Below, in pieces: positions 39,813-49,353 of a DNA stretch of 64,000 bases. The notes beneath the pieces are model-generated. The model did no database searches. It was not told the origin of the DNA and saw only the letters and a list, made by a program, of their open reading frames with translations. Within the stretch, counting starts at the first letter, position 1; each line of letters begins with the position of its first letter. Position numbers and translations under genes: made by a program. Source of the DNA: Faecousia sp. (GTDB lineage Bacteria > Bacillota > Clostridia > Oscillospirales > Oscillospiraceae). The stretch is taken from contig JAZSLC010000142.1 of assembly GCA_045535175.1 (NCBI GenBank), forward strand, positions 4,745 to 68,744. Direction: 5' to 3'.

Positions 39813-42800
39813 ATGCTGACGATATTGATCGGAACGGATTGGACAGCCAACCGGGATGCGGTTTTACAAATGATTGCTGATGATGTTCAGATGCAGAAAG
39901 AAGGTAGGATCCTGATTGTTCCGGAACTGATCAGCCATGATATGGAGCGGAGGCTTTGTGAAGCCGCAGGTGATACTGCCAGCCGTTTTGCCCAGGTACT
40001 GACCTTTACCCGTATGGCACGCCGGGTGTCGGATGCTTTGGGGCTATCTTCTTTTGAATGTCTTGACAACGGCGGCAGAATGGTTGCCATGGCCGCCACG
40101 GTTCGTCATCTTCACAGCAAACTGAAAGCCTACGGCTCTGTGGGAACCAGATCGGAGTTTTTGACAGGCCTCGTGGATGCGGTGGATGAATTCAAGCGCT
40201 GCTGCATTTCTTCCGAGGATTTGAAAAGCGCATCAGAGCGCACAGAAGGCGCCCTTGCTCAGAAGCTGGAAGAGTTGTCTTTGATTCTGGAAGCCTATGA
40301 CAGCTTTTGCGTTCGGGGCAAACGGGATCCCAGAGATCAGATGACCTGGCTTCTGGAACAGATGGAAGACAGTACCTTTGCTGAGGACCATGTATTCTAT
40401 ATTGACGGATTTCCGGATTTTACCCGGCAGCATGGGGCCATCATTGAACATTTGATCCGAAACAGTAAAAGGGTGGTCATCAGTCTAAACTGTGATCGGA
40501 TTGGCAGCAAAGCCCTTGCTTTTGAAAAGGCCGGTAAAACCGCCTCAGAGATGATTGGCTTCGCCCAAAAGGGCGATGTGCCCTATGAGATTCAGGTGGT
40601 TAAGTCTTATGAAACAGTTCTGGATCCTATCAGGCAAAGGCTTTTCCAGGGAAATATTGATTTTCGTAACGGGCTTGATGTCCATGTTTTGGCCAAACGG
40701 GGTGACGGCATTTATGATGAATGCAGAGGTGCAGCCGCCAGGGTCCTGGAGCTTGTGCGAGGTGGTGCCAGATTCCGGGATATTTCGGTGGTTTGCGCCG
40801 ATATGGACGGTTATGAAAATGCAGTACGCCTCGCCTTCCATCGGTCCGGTATTCCCATGTATCGGTCCGGTACCGATGAGATTCTACGGGAAAGCATCGT
40901 CAATTCGGTACTGTGCGCCATGGAGACGGCCTTGAACGGTTTTGAGCGCAGGGAGGTACTTCGGTATTCAAAATCCATTCTGTCTGCTCTGAACCAGCAG
41001 CAGTGTGACTTGCTGGAAAACTACAGCTACATTTGGAGTATCTCCGGAAATGCCTGGATGAATCTGTGGAAGGAGCATCCGGCAGGTCTTACGACCGTTT
41101 GGACCAAGGAAGACGAGGAAAATCTGGAAATACTGAATACAGCGAGAGCTATCCTGATTGACCCGCTGGTTCATCTGCGTAACCGATTCCGTGATGCAAA
41201 GAAACTTTCTCATCAGGTTCAGGCGATCTATGAATTCTTCGAAGAAATCTCTCTTGCTGACCGCCTTGATCAACTGGCTGACCGCATGGATGCCGATGGA
41301 GATAACCGCAGCGCGCAGATTCTGGGTCAGTTGTGGGATATTTTGATGACAGCTCTGGAACAACTCCATGATGTGCTTGGAGAAACTGTTTGGGATCAGG
41401 ACAGCTTTACCAGACTCTTCATGCTGCTTCTGGGGCAGTATGACGTTGGTACAATTCCCTCTGTACTGGATGCGGTGACGGTTGGCCCTGTCAGTGCCAT
41501 GCGGTGTCACCAGGTGCGTCATTTGATTGTGCTTGGAGTTCAGGAGGGATCCATGCCCGGCTACAAGGGTACTGCCGGTGTGCTGACCGATCGGGAACGG
41601 GAGCAAATCCGCAGTTTGGATGTCCCGCTCACCGGCGGTGGTCTGGAAGGCCTGCAATCGGAATTTGCGGATATTTATGGTGTATTTTGCAGTGCTTCGG
41701 ATTCTGTGATGATTACCTATGGCTCTGGTCAGCCCTCGTTTGTATATAACCGTATATGCAGCATGATAGGAGGGGATTCTGAGTTTCAGGATACCGAGCC
41801 AATGACATTAACAGACAGAACCCGTGCTGCAGCATTTTTCTCCTCGGTTTCGGATGAAGATTCGGCAATTTGCCTGGGCATTGACGAAGAATACCACTGG
41901 ATTGGGGCGAAAAAAGAGTATCATTGGGGTCAAGTAGGCTCCGATAATATTGAAAAACTTTACGGAAAACGGCTTCGCCTCAGTGCCTCCCGTATTGATA
42001 AACAGGCAGAATGCCGTCTGTCCTATTTCCTTCAGTACGGCCTGAAAGTGAAGGAATTGAAAGAAGCCGCTGTTGACCCTGCCGAGTTTGGTACCTATAT
42101 CCATTGGGTGTTGGAACAGACTGTTAAAGCGGTTATGGAACTGGGGGGCTTCCGGGAAGTATCTCTGGACAAGATGCTGGAACTGGCCCACGGCTATTCG
42201 GACGAATATATTCAGGAGCAGTTTAAGTCTTTGGATTCTGATCGTATGACTTATTTGCTGGGTAGAAACGTCCGGGAACTTGATTTTATCGCCACGGAGC
42301 TTTGGAATGAACTGAGCGTCAGCTTGTTTGCCCCTGTTGGATTTGAAGTTTCCTTTGGTACCAAAACTGATTCGGACCTTCCGGAGGTTTCTATTCCCAA
42401 TGCAGCCATCGAAACGTCACTTAATGGTTTCGTGGATCGTGTGGACCTTTGGTTTGATGGAAATAACCGCTATTTCCGTGTTGTGGACTACAAAACCGGC
42501 AGCAAGGCCTTTGATTACTGCGATGTCCTGGTGGGTACGGGACTTCAGATGCTGCTATATATGTATGCGCTGGAAGAGGGCGGCGAGCATTTGCTGGGCG
42601 CGTTTCCCATCCCGGCCGGTGTCCAGTATTTCCCTGCAAAGTATCCTGTTGTTTCCATGCACGGTCATTCCGATGAATCTGCTGTGCTGAAAAAACGTAT
42701 GGAGCGGGAGATTCTTTCCCGCAAGGGGCTACTACTAAAAGATCAGGCAGTTTTGGATGCAGTGGAGCCGGAAGGGGCACCCAAACGGATGACGGCCCGA

Positions 42801-43085
42801 ATTTCCGAGGATGAGAGCAAGTGCCGCTTCGTTGCGGACAAGGATCAGCTGAAGCAGCTTAGGCAGTATGTGTTTCATGTAATCCGAAAGCTGATCGGCC
42901 AGATTGCATCCGGTAACGTGGAGCCCAATCCCTACCGCAGAGGCAATAACCATGATGCCTGCAGATTCTGCGCCTATAAGACCGTATGTAATCCCGCAAC
43001 TGTATGCGGCGTCAGAAACTATGAAGAAACCAACGCTGAGCGATTCTGGCTGGAAATCGGAAGGGAGTTGAGTGACAATGGCTGA
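39813..43085 (+). CDS. addB: ATP-dependent helicase/nuclease subunit B
   Basis: ILIVPE, IDGF..FT, LSAS..C..YF..YGL, GFVDRVD, VVDYKTG, LQMLLY, C-terminal CRFCAYKTVC. Confidence 0.9.
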   Translation: MLTILIGTDWTANRDAVLQMIADDVQMQKEGRILIVPELISHDMERRLCEAAGDTASRFAQVLTFTRMARRVSDALGLSSFECLDNGGRMVAMAATVRHLHSKLKAYGSVGTRSEFLTGLVDAVDEFKRCCISSEDLKSASERTEGALAQKLEELSLILEAYDSFCVRGKRDPRDQMTWLLEQMEDSTFAEDHVFYIDGFPDFTRQHGAIIEHLIRNSKRVVISLNCDRIGSKALAFEKAGKTASEMIGFAQKGDVPYEIQVVKSYETVLDPIRQRLFQGNIDFRNGLDVHVLAKRGDGIYDECRGAAARVLELVRGGARFRDISVVCADMDGYENAVRLAFHRSGIPMYRSGTDEILRESIVNSVLCAMETALNGFERREVLRYSKSILSALNQQQCDLLENYSYIWSISGNAWMNLWKEHPAGLTTVWTKEDEENLEILNTARAILIDPLVHLRNRFRDAKKLSHQVQAIYEFFEEISLADRLDQLADRMDADGDNRSAQILGQLWDILMTALEQLHDVLGETVWDQDSFTRLFMLLLGQYDVGTIPSVLDAVTVGPVSAMRCHQVRHLIVLGVQEGSMPGYKGTAGVLTDREREQIRSLDVPLTGGGLEGLQSEFADIYGVFCSASDSVMITYGSGQPSFVYNRICSMIGGDSEFQDTEPMTLTDRTRAAAFFSSVSDEDSAICLGIDEEYHWIGAKKEYHWGQVGSDNIEKLYGKRLRLSASRIDKQAECRLSYFLQYGLKVKELKEAAVDPAEFGTYIHWVLEQTVKAVMELGGFREVSLDKMLELAHGYSDEYIQEQFKSLDSDRMTYLLGRNVRELDFIATELWNELSVSLFAPVGFEVSFGTKTDSDLPEVSIPNAAIETSLNGFVDRVDLWFDGNNRYFRVVDYKTGSKAFDYCDVLVGTGLQMLLYMYALEEGGEHLLGAFPIPAGVQYFPAKYPVVSMHGHSDESAVLKKRMEREILSRKGLLLKDQAVLDAVEPEGAPKRMTARISEDESKCRFVADKDQLKQLRQYVFHVIRKLIGQIASGNVEPNPYRRGNNHDACRFCAYKTVCNPATVCGVRNYEETNAERFWLEIGRELSDNG

Positions 43086-46000
43086 TAAACCTACAAGAGA
43101 ACAGCAGCTTGTCATCGACAACCGGGGCGGAAAGCTTCTGGTTTCTGCGGCAGCCGGTTCCGGTAAGACCAAAGTTTTGGTGGATCGTGTGCTGAAATAC
43201 ATCATGGATCCGATGGATCCTGCAAACATTGATGATTTTTTGATCATTACCTTTACAAAAGATGCGGCAGCTGAACTGCGGCTGAAGATCGCCAAGGCTT
43301 TGACGGAGAAGATTGCTGAAGATCCTTCCAATATGCATCTGCAGCATCAGTTCCAGCGGCTGTATCTTGCCAAGATTTCCACGGTTCACTCTTTCTGCAG
43401 CGATATTTTGCGGGAATACGCCTATGCGCTGGATCTTTCCGGTGATTTCAGGATGTTGGAAGAGAATGAAGCCAAGCTTTTGCGGGAAGGAGTCATTCAG
43501 AAGATTCTGGAAGAAGCTTATCGGGATATCGAGGCCGGATCAGATTTTGCTGCCTTTGTGGATACCCAGGGCATGGGCCGAACCGATGCACAGGTCCCTA
43601 AGCTGGTCCTTGATTTTTATGAACAGGCCCGCTGTCATCTGGATCCGGAAGGGTGGCTGGATCAGTGCATTGAAAATGCCAATGTGGAAAGTGTAACAGA
43701 TGCGGCGAATACCGTTTGGGGCAAGTATCTGATAGAGGATCTTTTCTCCTATCTCAGGCAGCAGGCTGAAACATTCCGTAACTGCGCAGCTCTTTGCGAT
43801 CAGGCCGGTGCTCCCGAAAAATACGGCGCATTTTTGCTGAGCGTGGCTGCTATTCTGGAGGATATCCTCCGCAAACAAAGCTGGGACGAGCTTGTAACGT
43901 CTCTTAGGTTCAAGTTTCCGACCCTTCCGCGGAATACAAAAGCCGATCCGCTGGAAGGGGAAGCCGAAGATCTGTGGGAACGCATGAAATTCTACTATGG
44001 CAAGTTTAAGGACGAATACACCAAGATCAAAACCCGTCCGTTCTGCAACCTGAGTGATCAGGTGATTTGGGATCTGATGCAATCCACTGCATCGGTCAGG
44101 GGATTGGTGTCCCTTGTGAGGCAGTTTTCCAAGGCTTACTCCCAGCTGAAAAAGAATATGCACGTGGCTGACTTCGGTGATCTGGAGCATTATACGCTTG
44201 ATCTCCTGCTGGGGAAATCCAGAACAGGCCAAACCGCTGCAGCCCGGGATATTTCCGCCAGGTTCCGTGAAATCATGGTGGACGAGTATCAGGATTCCAA
44301 TGAGGTTCAGGACTCCATTTTCGGTGCCCTGACTCAGCAGCGGCAAAACCTCTTTATGGTTGGCGATGTGAAGCAGTCTATTTATCGCTTCCGCCTTGCT
44401 GACCCCGGTATTTTCCTGAATCGCTATAACCATTATCCGCCCTCTGAGCAGGCAGCACCCGGTGAAGGAAGAAAGATCATTCTCTCCAATAACTTCCGGT
44501 CCTGCAATGCGGTAGTGGATGCGGTGAATGATGTATTTGAAGCCTGTATGTCCGTAAAGGTTGGTGACCTGGACTACGGTGAGGCTGAGCGTTTGGTTGC
44601 GGGTAAGCCTTATGCAGAGGTTCCTGAGCCTGAAGTGGAATTCCATTGCATCCAAACGCAGCGCAATGCCTACGCCTGTGAGGCGGAATTTGTGGCCGAC
44701 CGGATTTTGGAACTGACGGATGGCACCCACATGATCCGGGAAAAGGATCAGCTTCGGCCTATTCGCTTTGGGGATATTGTCATTCTCCTGCGTTCTCCCC
44801 GTACAAACGGACCCATTTTCCGCTATATCCTGGGCCGAAAGGGAATTGATACCATCACAAGAGGCGGTGTGGATATTCTGCAGACTGACGAAGTGATCTG
44901 GCTTCGGAATCTGCTGATGACCATCAGTAATCCCCGGCAGGATGTACCGTTGGTTGCCACCATGATCGGGCCTGTATTTGGTTTTACCGCCGATGAACTG
45001 GCAACGATTCGCTACCCCAACAGAGAGAAGCCCTTTTATGACCTGCTTCTGCTGTCTGATACCGAGAAATCCAAGTCCTTTGTGTCCCTGCTGGATCAAT
45101 TGCGCCACATTTCCAGAATTCACAGTCTTCCGGAACTGCTGGAACAGATTTTTTATCTGACGAAAATGGATTCCATCTACGGAGCAATGGAAGATGGCAA
45201 CATCAAGAAGGAGAACCTGCAGGCCTTCTATCAATACGTGGTGAAATATGACTCCGGTCGCCGGGCGGACCTTCAGCAGCTTTTGGAGCATCTGACCCTC
45301 TGTGAAGCAGACGGATTAAAGATCGAAAACACCCAAACGGCAGACTGCGTCACCATTCTCAGTATTCATAAATCCAAGGGCTTGGAATATCCTGTGGTAT
45401 TTCTGTCCTGCCTTGGGAAGCAGTTTGGCGGTGGTAATGACGATGACGAAGTCCTTACGGATCAGGAATTGGGTTTAGGCCTTAATTGTCTGGATGAGTC
45501 CACCAGGAGCCGTTATCCCACCATTTCTGCTCATGCCATTAAAGTCAAGCAAGAGGCACTGGATCTCTCGGAAGAGATGCGAGTACTGTATGTGGCTATG
45601 ACCCGGGCCAAAGACCGGCTCGTAATGACCTATGCGGACCGGTTCATGGCAAATGCCATTTTGAAAATTGCAAATCGCATGGATTTGTGCAATCGGGATC
45701 TGATTAATGCCAGAGCTACTTGTCCCGGCGACTGGATTTTGTATGCGGCGCTGCGCCGAACCGAAGCCGGTCAGTTGTTTGCCATGGGTGACAGACCTCT
45801 TCGGACAGAAGTTTCCAACCGTCCCTGGTATATTACCGCCCGGGAAATGGTCTGGAACGAAGAGGAGGATGAAACGGAATCAGAACCGGTTGCAGAAACA
45901 GTGCCCGAAGAAGTAAAAGAGAAGATTCGCATTGCGTTGGAATTTTCTTATCCTTATATGGCTGCAACAAAAGCGCCCTCCAAACAGACCGCAACCCAGA

Positions 46001-46608
46001 GAAAGGGGCGCAATTTGGATGATGAAGCGGCTGAAGGTGCCCCGAAGCCCCGGAATCCTGCCCGAACCTGGCGTAAACCTTCCTTTGTTTCCGGTGATCA
46101 GGGTGCTGTGGCACACGGCAATGCAGTTCATGCAGCCATGCAGTATATTCGGTTTGCGTGCTGCCAGGACGAAGAGAGTGTTGCCGAGGAACTGAAACGC
46201 ATTGTTTCAGATGGCTTTATGTCCCAGGAGCAGGCTCAGATGGTCGATTGCGGCCAGATTGCTGCCTTCTTCCAAACGGAACTGGGTCAGAAGCTTCGCT
46301 CCGGGAAAAATGTAATTCGGGAGTTTAAGTTTTCCATTCTGGATCGGGGTGAAAGCTACGGAGACGGCCTGGAAGGGGAGAAGGTTCTTCTTCAGGGCGT
46401 TGTAGATGCGGCCCTTATTGAGGACGATGGTATTACTGTTATTGACTTTAAGACGGATCGGGTCTCTCTGGAGACTATGACGCAGGTTACTGAGCGGTAT
46501 CGGGTTCAGGTTGAAACCTACGCAGAAGCCCTCAGCAGGATTTATCAGCTTCCGGTTAAGGAAAAGCTTTTGTATTTCTTCGGTCTTCCCGGTTTTGTTT
46601 CCCTCTGA
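43078..46608 (+). CDS. addA: ATP-dependent helicase/nuclease subunit A
   Basis: VSAAAGSGKT, VDEYQD, VGDVKQSIYRFR, SIHKSKGLEY, YVAMTRAK, IDFKTD. Confidence 0.95.
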   Translation: MADKPTREQQLVIDNRGGKLLVSAAAGSGKTKVLVDRVLKYIMDPMDPANIDDFLIITFTKDAAAELRLKIAKALTEKIAEDPSNMHLQHQFQRLYLAKISTVHSFCSDILREYAYALDLSGDFRMLEENEAKLLREGVIQKILEEAYRDIEAGSDFAAFVDTQGMGRTDAQVPKLVLDFYEQARCHLDPEGWLDQCIENANVESVTDAANTVWGKYLIEDLFSYLRQQAETFRNCAALCDQAGAPEKYGAFLLSVAAILEDILRKQSWDELVTSLRFKFPTLPRNTKADPLEGEAEDLWERMKFYYGKFKDEYTKIKTRPFCNLSDQVIWDLMQSTASVRGLVSLVRQFSKAYSQLKKNMHVADFGDLEHYTLDLLLGKSRTGQTAAARDISARFREIMVDEYQDSNEVQDSIFGALTQQRQNLFMVGDVKQSIYRFRLADPGIFLNRYNHYPPSEQAAPGEGRKIILSNNFRSCNAVVDAVNDVFEACMSVKVGDLDYGEAERLVAGKPYAEVPEPEVEFHCIQTQRNAYACEAEFVADRILELTDGTHMIREKDQLRPIRFGDIVILLRSPRTNGPIFRYILGRKGIDTITRGGVDILQTDEVIWLRNLLMTISNPRQDVPLVATMIGPVFGFTADELATIRYPNREKPFYDLLLLSDTEKSKSFVSLLDQLRHISRIHSLPELLEQIFYLTKMDSIYGAMEDGNIKKENLQAFYQYVVKYDSGRRADLQQLLEHLTLCEADGLKIENTQTADCVTILSIHKSKGLEYPVVFLSCLGKQFGGGNDDDEVLTDQELGLGLNCLDESTRSRYPTISAHAIKVKQEALDLSEEMRVLYVAMTRAKDRLVMTYADRFMANAILKIANRMDLCNRDLINARATCPGDWILYAALRRTEAGQLFAMGDRPLRTEVSNRPWYITAREMVWNEEEDETESEPVAETVPEEVKEKIRIALEFSYPYMAATKAPSKQTATQRKGRNLDDEAAEGAPKPRNPARTWRKPSFVSGDQGAVAHGNAVHAAMQYIRFACCQDEESVAEELKRIVSDGFMSQEQAQMVDCGQIAAFFQTELGQKLRSGKNVIREFKFSILDRGESYGDGLEGEKVLLQGVVDAALIEDDGITVIDFKTDRVSLETMTQVTERYRVQVETYAEALSRIYQLPVKEKLLYFFGLPGFVSL

Positions 46609-46651
46609 TATGTAAAAGGCGATAGCAGCGCGTTGCTGCTATCGCTTTTAC

Positions 46652-46759
46652 TTAGCGCTGATTCTGGTTCTGGTTGTTGTTCTGGTTCTGGTGGTTGTTC
46701 TGTTTCTGGTTCTGGCTCTGATTCTGCTTGTTCTGCTGATTGCTATTCTGGTTTCTCAT
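46652..46759 (-). CDS. 35-aa Asn/Gln-rich small protein (putative spore protein)
   Basis: MRNQNSNQQNKQNQSQNQKQNNHQNQNNNQNQNQR; GGAGGA RBS, upstream sigma-G-like promoter, downstream terminator. Confidence 0.7.
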   Translation of the reverse strand: MRNQNSNQQNKQNQSQNQKQNNHQNQNNNQNQNQR

Positions 46760-46807
46760 TGAGATATCCTCCAAATGATGTGCATTGATTGCGGAATTCC
46801 GCAGTTC

Positions 46808-46836
46808 CAGTATGCCCGGAAATTCAGTTTTTATCC
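46808..46836 (-). promoter_or_regulatory. sigma-G-like promoter for the N/Q-rich gene
   Basis: GGATA-N17-CATACTG on the minus strand. Confidence 0.5.
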
Positions 46837-47180
46837 TTCGCTTTGAAAAGTAATCCGGCAATAAGGCCTGCAACGATCGCTGCCGTAATGCCACCGGCAC
46901 AGGCTGTGAGACCTCCGGTGAGAGCACCGATCAATCCTTTTTCGTCTACGGCTTTCTGAACACCTTTTGCCAGGTTATATCCAAATCCCGTTAAAGGAAC
47001 CGTGGCACCAGCCCCTGCAAACTCTGCAAAAGGCTTATAAACTCCGAAACCACCCAGAATCACGCCGATTACCACATAGGAAACCAGAATCCTGGCCGGA
47101 GTCAGGCTGGTTTTGTCAATGATGATCTGCCCGATCATGCATAGAAGGCCGCCTATGAGAAACGCTTTCAAATACTCCAT
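46824..47180 (-). CDS. spoVAE: Stage V sporulation protein AE (SpoVAEb)
   Basis: YLKAFLIGGLLCMIGQ, TPARILV, AGAGATVPLTGFG. Confidence 0.92.
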   Translation of the reverse strand: MEYLKAFLIGGLLCMIGQIIIDKTSLTPARILVSYVVIGVILGGFGVYKPFAEFAGAGATVPLTGFGYNLAKGVQKAVDEKGLIGALTGGLTACAGGITAAIVAGLIAGLLFKAKDKN

Positions 47181-47184
47181 AATT

Positions 47185-48201
47185 TTACCCTCCCTTGATG
47201 CATACGGCGTGGCAAACGCCCGGAATCGGAAGCCCTTGCTGGGTAGAGGTGGGGGATAGAAGGGCACCAGTCCCGCAAAACAGCATTTTCTGGCCTGGTT
47301 TCAGCTTGCCAAGCAGATAGCCGCACAGTGTAATTGCACTGCAGCCGCAGCCGGAACCGCCGGAATGGACATCCTGGTTTTCCAGATCAAAGACCAATGT
47401 GCCGCAATCTTCCAGTTTTCCGCCCAGTTCCAAGCCGTTTTTCCGGGCCAATAGCATAAGCATTTCTTTCCCAAACCGACCCAAATCACCGGTTACGATC
47501 AAGTCATAATCATCTACAGTTCGCTTCATGTCTTTCAGGTGGGCAGCGATGGTTTTGTATGCGGCAGGGGCCATGGCGGCACCCATATTTCCGGCATCTT
47601 TTACACCAAGATCCGTCACGGTTCCAACGGTACAGCATTCTATCGTAGGCCCTTTTCCTTCACTGGACAGCAGCACAGCACCGGAACCGGTGACCGTCCA
47701 CTGGGCTGTAGGTGTTCGCTGTCCGCCGTAGCCCAAGGGGAATCGGTACTGCCGCTCAGAAGAAGCGAAGTGAGAGGACGTCATTGCCACCACACGGTCG
47801 GCAAAACCGCCTCCAATGCTCATGGAACCCAGAAGCATACTCTCTGCCATGGTGGAACAGGCACCATAGAGCCCCAGATGGGGAATCCCGCTGTTTCTGA
47901 GAGGAAAAGAGGAACCGATGCACTGATTCAGCAAATCACCCGACAGGATCCAATCCACATCCTCTTTTTGTAGATTAGCTTTCCGGAAGAGCTGCTCCAA
48001 TGCAGCCTCCTGAATCTTCTTTTCTGCCTGTTCCCAGGACTTTTGACCAAAATATGAATCGTTGCAGGTAATATCAAAGGTATGGGCCAAGGGCCCTTCT
48101 GATTCCTTTTTACCGGCCACACTGGCCCATGCTGTAATTATCGGATTCTTTTGAAATACAAAACTTTGTTTTCCCCGTTTGTTTATGGCCAATTGACTCA
48201 C
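47185..48201 (-). CDS. spoVAD: Stage V sporulation protein AD
   Basis: GKKESEGPL, GDLLNQC, GLYGACSTM, ERQYRFP, GGSGCGCSA, TGALLS. Confidence 0.95.
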   Translation of the reverse strand: MSQLAINKRGKQSFVFQKNPIITAWASVAGKKESEGPLAHTFDITCNDSYFGQKSWEQAEKKIQEAALEQLFRKANLQKEDVDWILSGDLLNQCIGSSFPLRNSGIPHLGLYGACSTMAESMLLGSMSIGGGFADRVVAMTSSHFASSERQYRFPLGYGGQRTPTAQWTVTGSGAVLLSSEGKGPTIECCTVGTVTDLGVKDAGNMGAAMAPAAYKTIAAHLKDMKRTVDDYDLIVTGDLGRFGKEMLMLLARKNGLELGGKLEDCGTLVFDLENQDVHSGGSGCGCSAITLCGYLLGKLKPGQKMLFCGTGALLSPTSTQQGLPIPGVCHAVCIKGG

Positions 48202-48323
48202 CGTCCTTTTTAGGTAGTATTTCTCCCTCGGCGGAAATTATGTTTGAATCTAACATCTTTCAATTGACAAAGGGACATTGGGTAGGATATGATGACCTTA
48301 TCTTGATTCAATGTGAGGCGCTT

Positions 48324-49112
48324 ATGCTGATTTGTCCTGTATGTAAAATGCCGCTGCGGATGGAGCAGCGGCTTGCCAAATGTGATGGCGGTCACTGCTT
48401 TGACCGGGCCAAAGAGGGGTATTTCAATCTGCTTCGCAGCAATAAAAGCGGAGATAAGATCGGTGACGATAAGTTGGCCGCCAGAAGCCGCAGGGATTTC
48501 CTGAATAAGGGCTACTACCGCCTGCTTCAGGATGGCCTTCTTTCTCTGTTTGCTGACCGCAGTGGCTCGGTGCTGGATATTTGCTGCGGAGAAGGCTATT
48601 ATACCAGTGCCCTTGCGGATAATCCCAAATTGGATGTATATGGTTTCGATATTTCCAAGGAAATGATCCGTCTTGCGGCCAAAAGGGGAGGGGCAACCTA
48701 TTTTGTTGCCAACCTGGCGGCCATTCCTGTGGAATCCGGGTCCATGGATTACGCGGTGCATCTTTTTGCACCCTTCCAGGAAAGGGAGTTTCTGCGGATT
48801 CTGAAGCCGGGCGGACGGCTCTATACGGTGATTCCCGGGGAGAAGCACTTGTGGGGGCTGAAAACGACACTGTATGATACACCCTACTTGAATGACGAAA
48901 AGCTTCCTCAGACGGAGCAATTGGAACTGATCGGGCGGCAAAAACTCTCTGGATTGATCCATTTGTCCTGCCCTGAGGATATTGATGCGGTATTTCGCAT
49001 GACGCCTTATTATTTCCATACCTCCGCAGCTGACAAAGAGAAATTGAAGGGGGTTTCGGCCCTGGACACGGAGATTGAGTTTATCATTGGAGAGTATCAA
49101 AAACCGATCTGA
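48324..49112 (+). CDS. RlmA-like SAM-dependent rRNA methyltransferase
   Basis: CPVC...C..GHCFD.AKEGYFNL zinc finger, LDICCGEGYY, MTPYY. Confidence 0.85.
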   Translation: MLICPVCKMPLRMEQRLAKCDGGHCFDRAKEGYFNLLRSNKSGDKIGDDKLAARSRRDFLNKGYYRLLQDGLLSLFADRSGSVLDICCGEGYYTSALADNPKLDVYGFDISKEMIRLAAKRGGATYFVANLAAIPVESGSMDYAVHLFAPFQEREFLRILKPGGRLYTVIPGEKHLWGLKTTLYDTPYLNDEKLPQTEQLELIGRQKLSGLIHLSCPEDIDAVFRMTPYYFHTSAADKEKLKGVSALDTEIEFIIGEYQKPI

Positions 49113-49132
49113 TCTGCCTGGGACGTCATATG

Positions 49133-49161
49133 TTGACATTTTGCAGGGTATAACGTATAAT
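49133..49161 (+). promoter_or_regulatory. Consensus sigma-A promoter heading the accessory block
   Basis: TTGACA-N17-TATAAT. Confidence 0.85.
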
Positions 49162-49198
49162 GAAATTACAAAAATAACCAACTGAGGAGGTGCCGGAG

Positions 49199-49258
49199 AT
49201 GATTTGTTTTGTGGATCCCAAAGTCCCCGGCCGTGCTGCGTGCAACCTTCTGATGTAA
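49199..49258 (+). CDS. Leader peptide (uORF) MICFVDPKVPGRAACNLLM
   Basis: GAGGAGGTG RBS, 19 codons, lies between the promoter and an attenuator-like terminator. Confidence 0.7.
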   Translation: MICFVDPKVPGRAACNLLM

Positions 49259-49322
49259 ATACGTAAAACCAAAGAAAGCACACAAACCGGGGAGCAATCC
49301 AACCGCTTTGTGTGCTTTTTTC
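49225..49322 (+). promoter_or_regulatory. Transcription attenuator (terminator with alternative antiterminator)
   Basis: Terminator stem AAAGCACACAAA/TTTGTGTGCTTT plus T run; leader sequence CCCCGG..GTGCT is complementary to AGCAC..CCGGGG in the terminator 5' arm. Confidence 0.72.
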
Positions 49323-49353
49323 AGTTTATTTACGGAAATGAGGCGTAAGAATC

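Noticed and set aside
49199-49258. AgrD-like cyclic peptide precursor (CFVDPKVP)
   Set aside because: No N-terminal leader before the Cys and no agrB/agrC nearby; pairing with the terminator arm fits an attenuator better.
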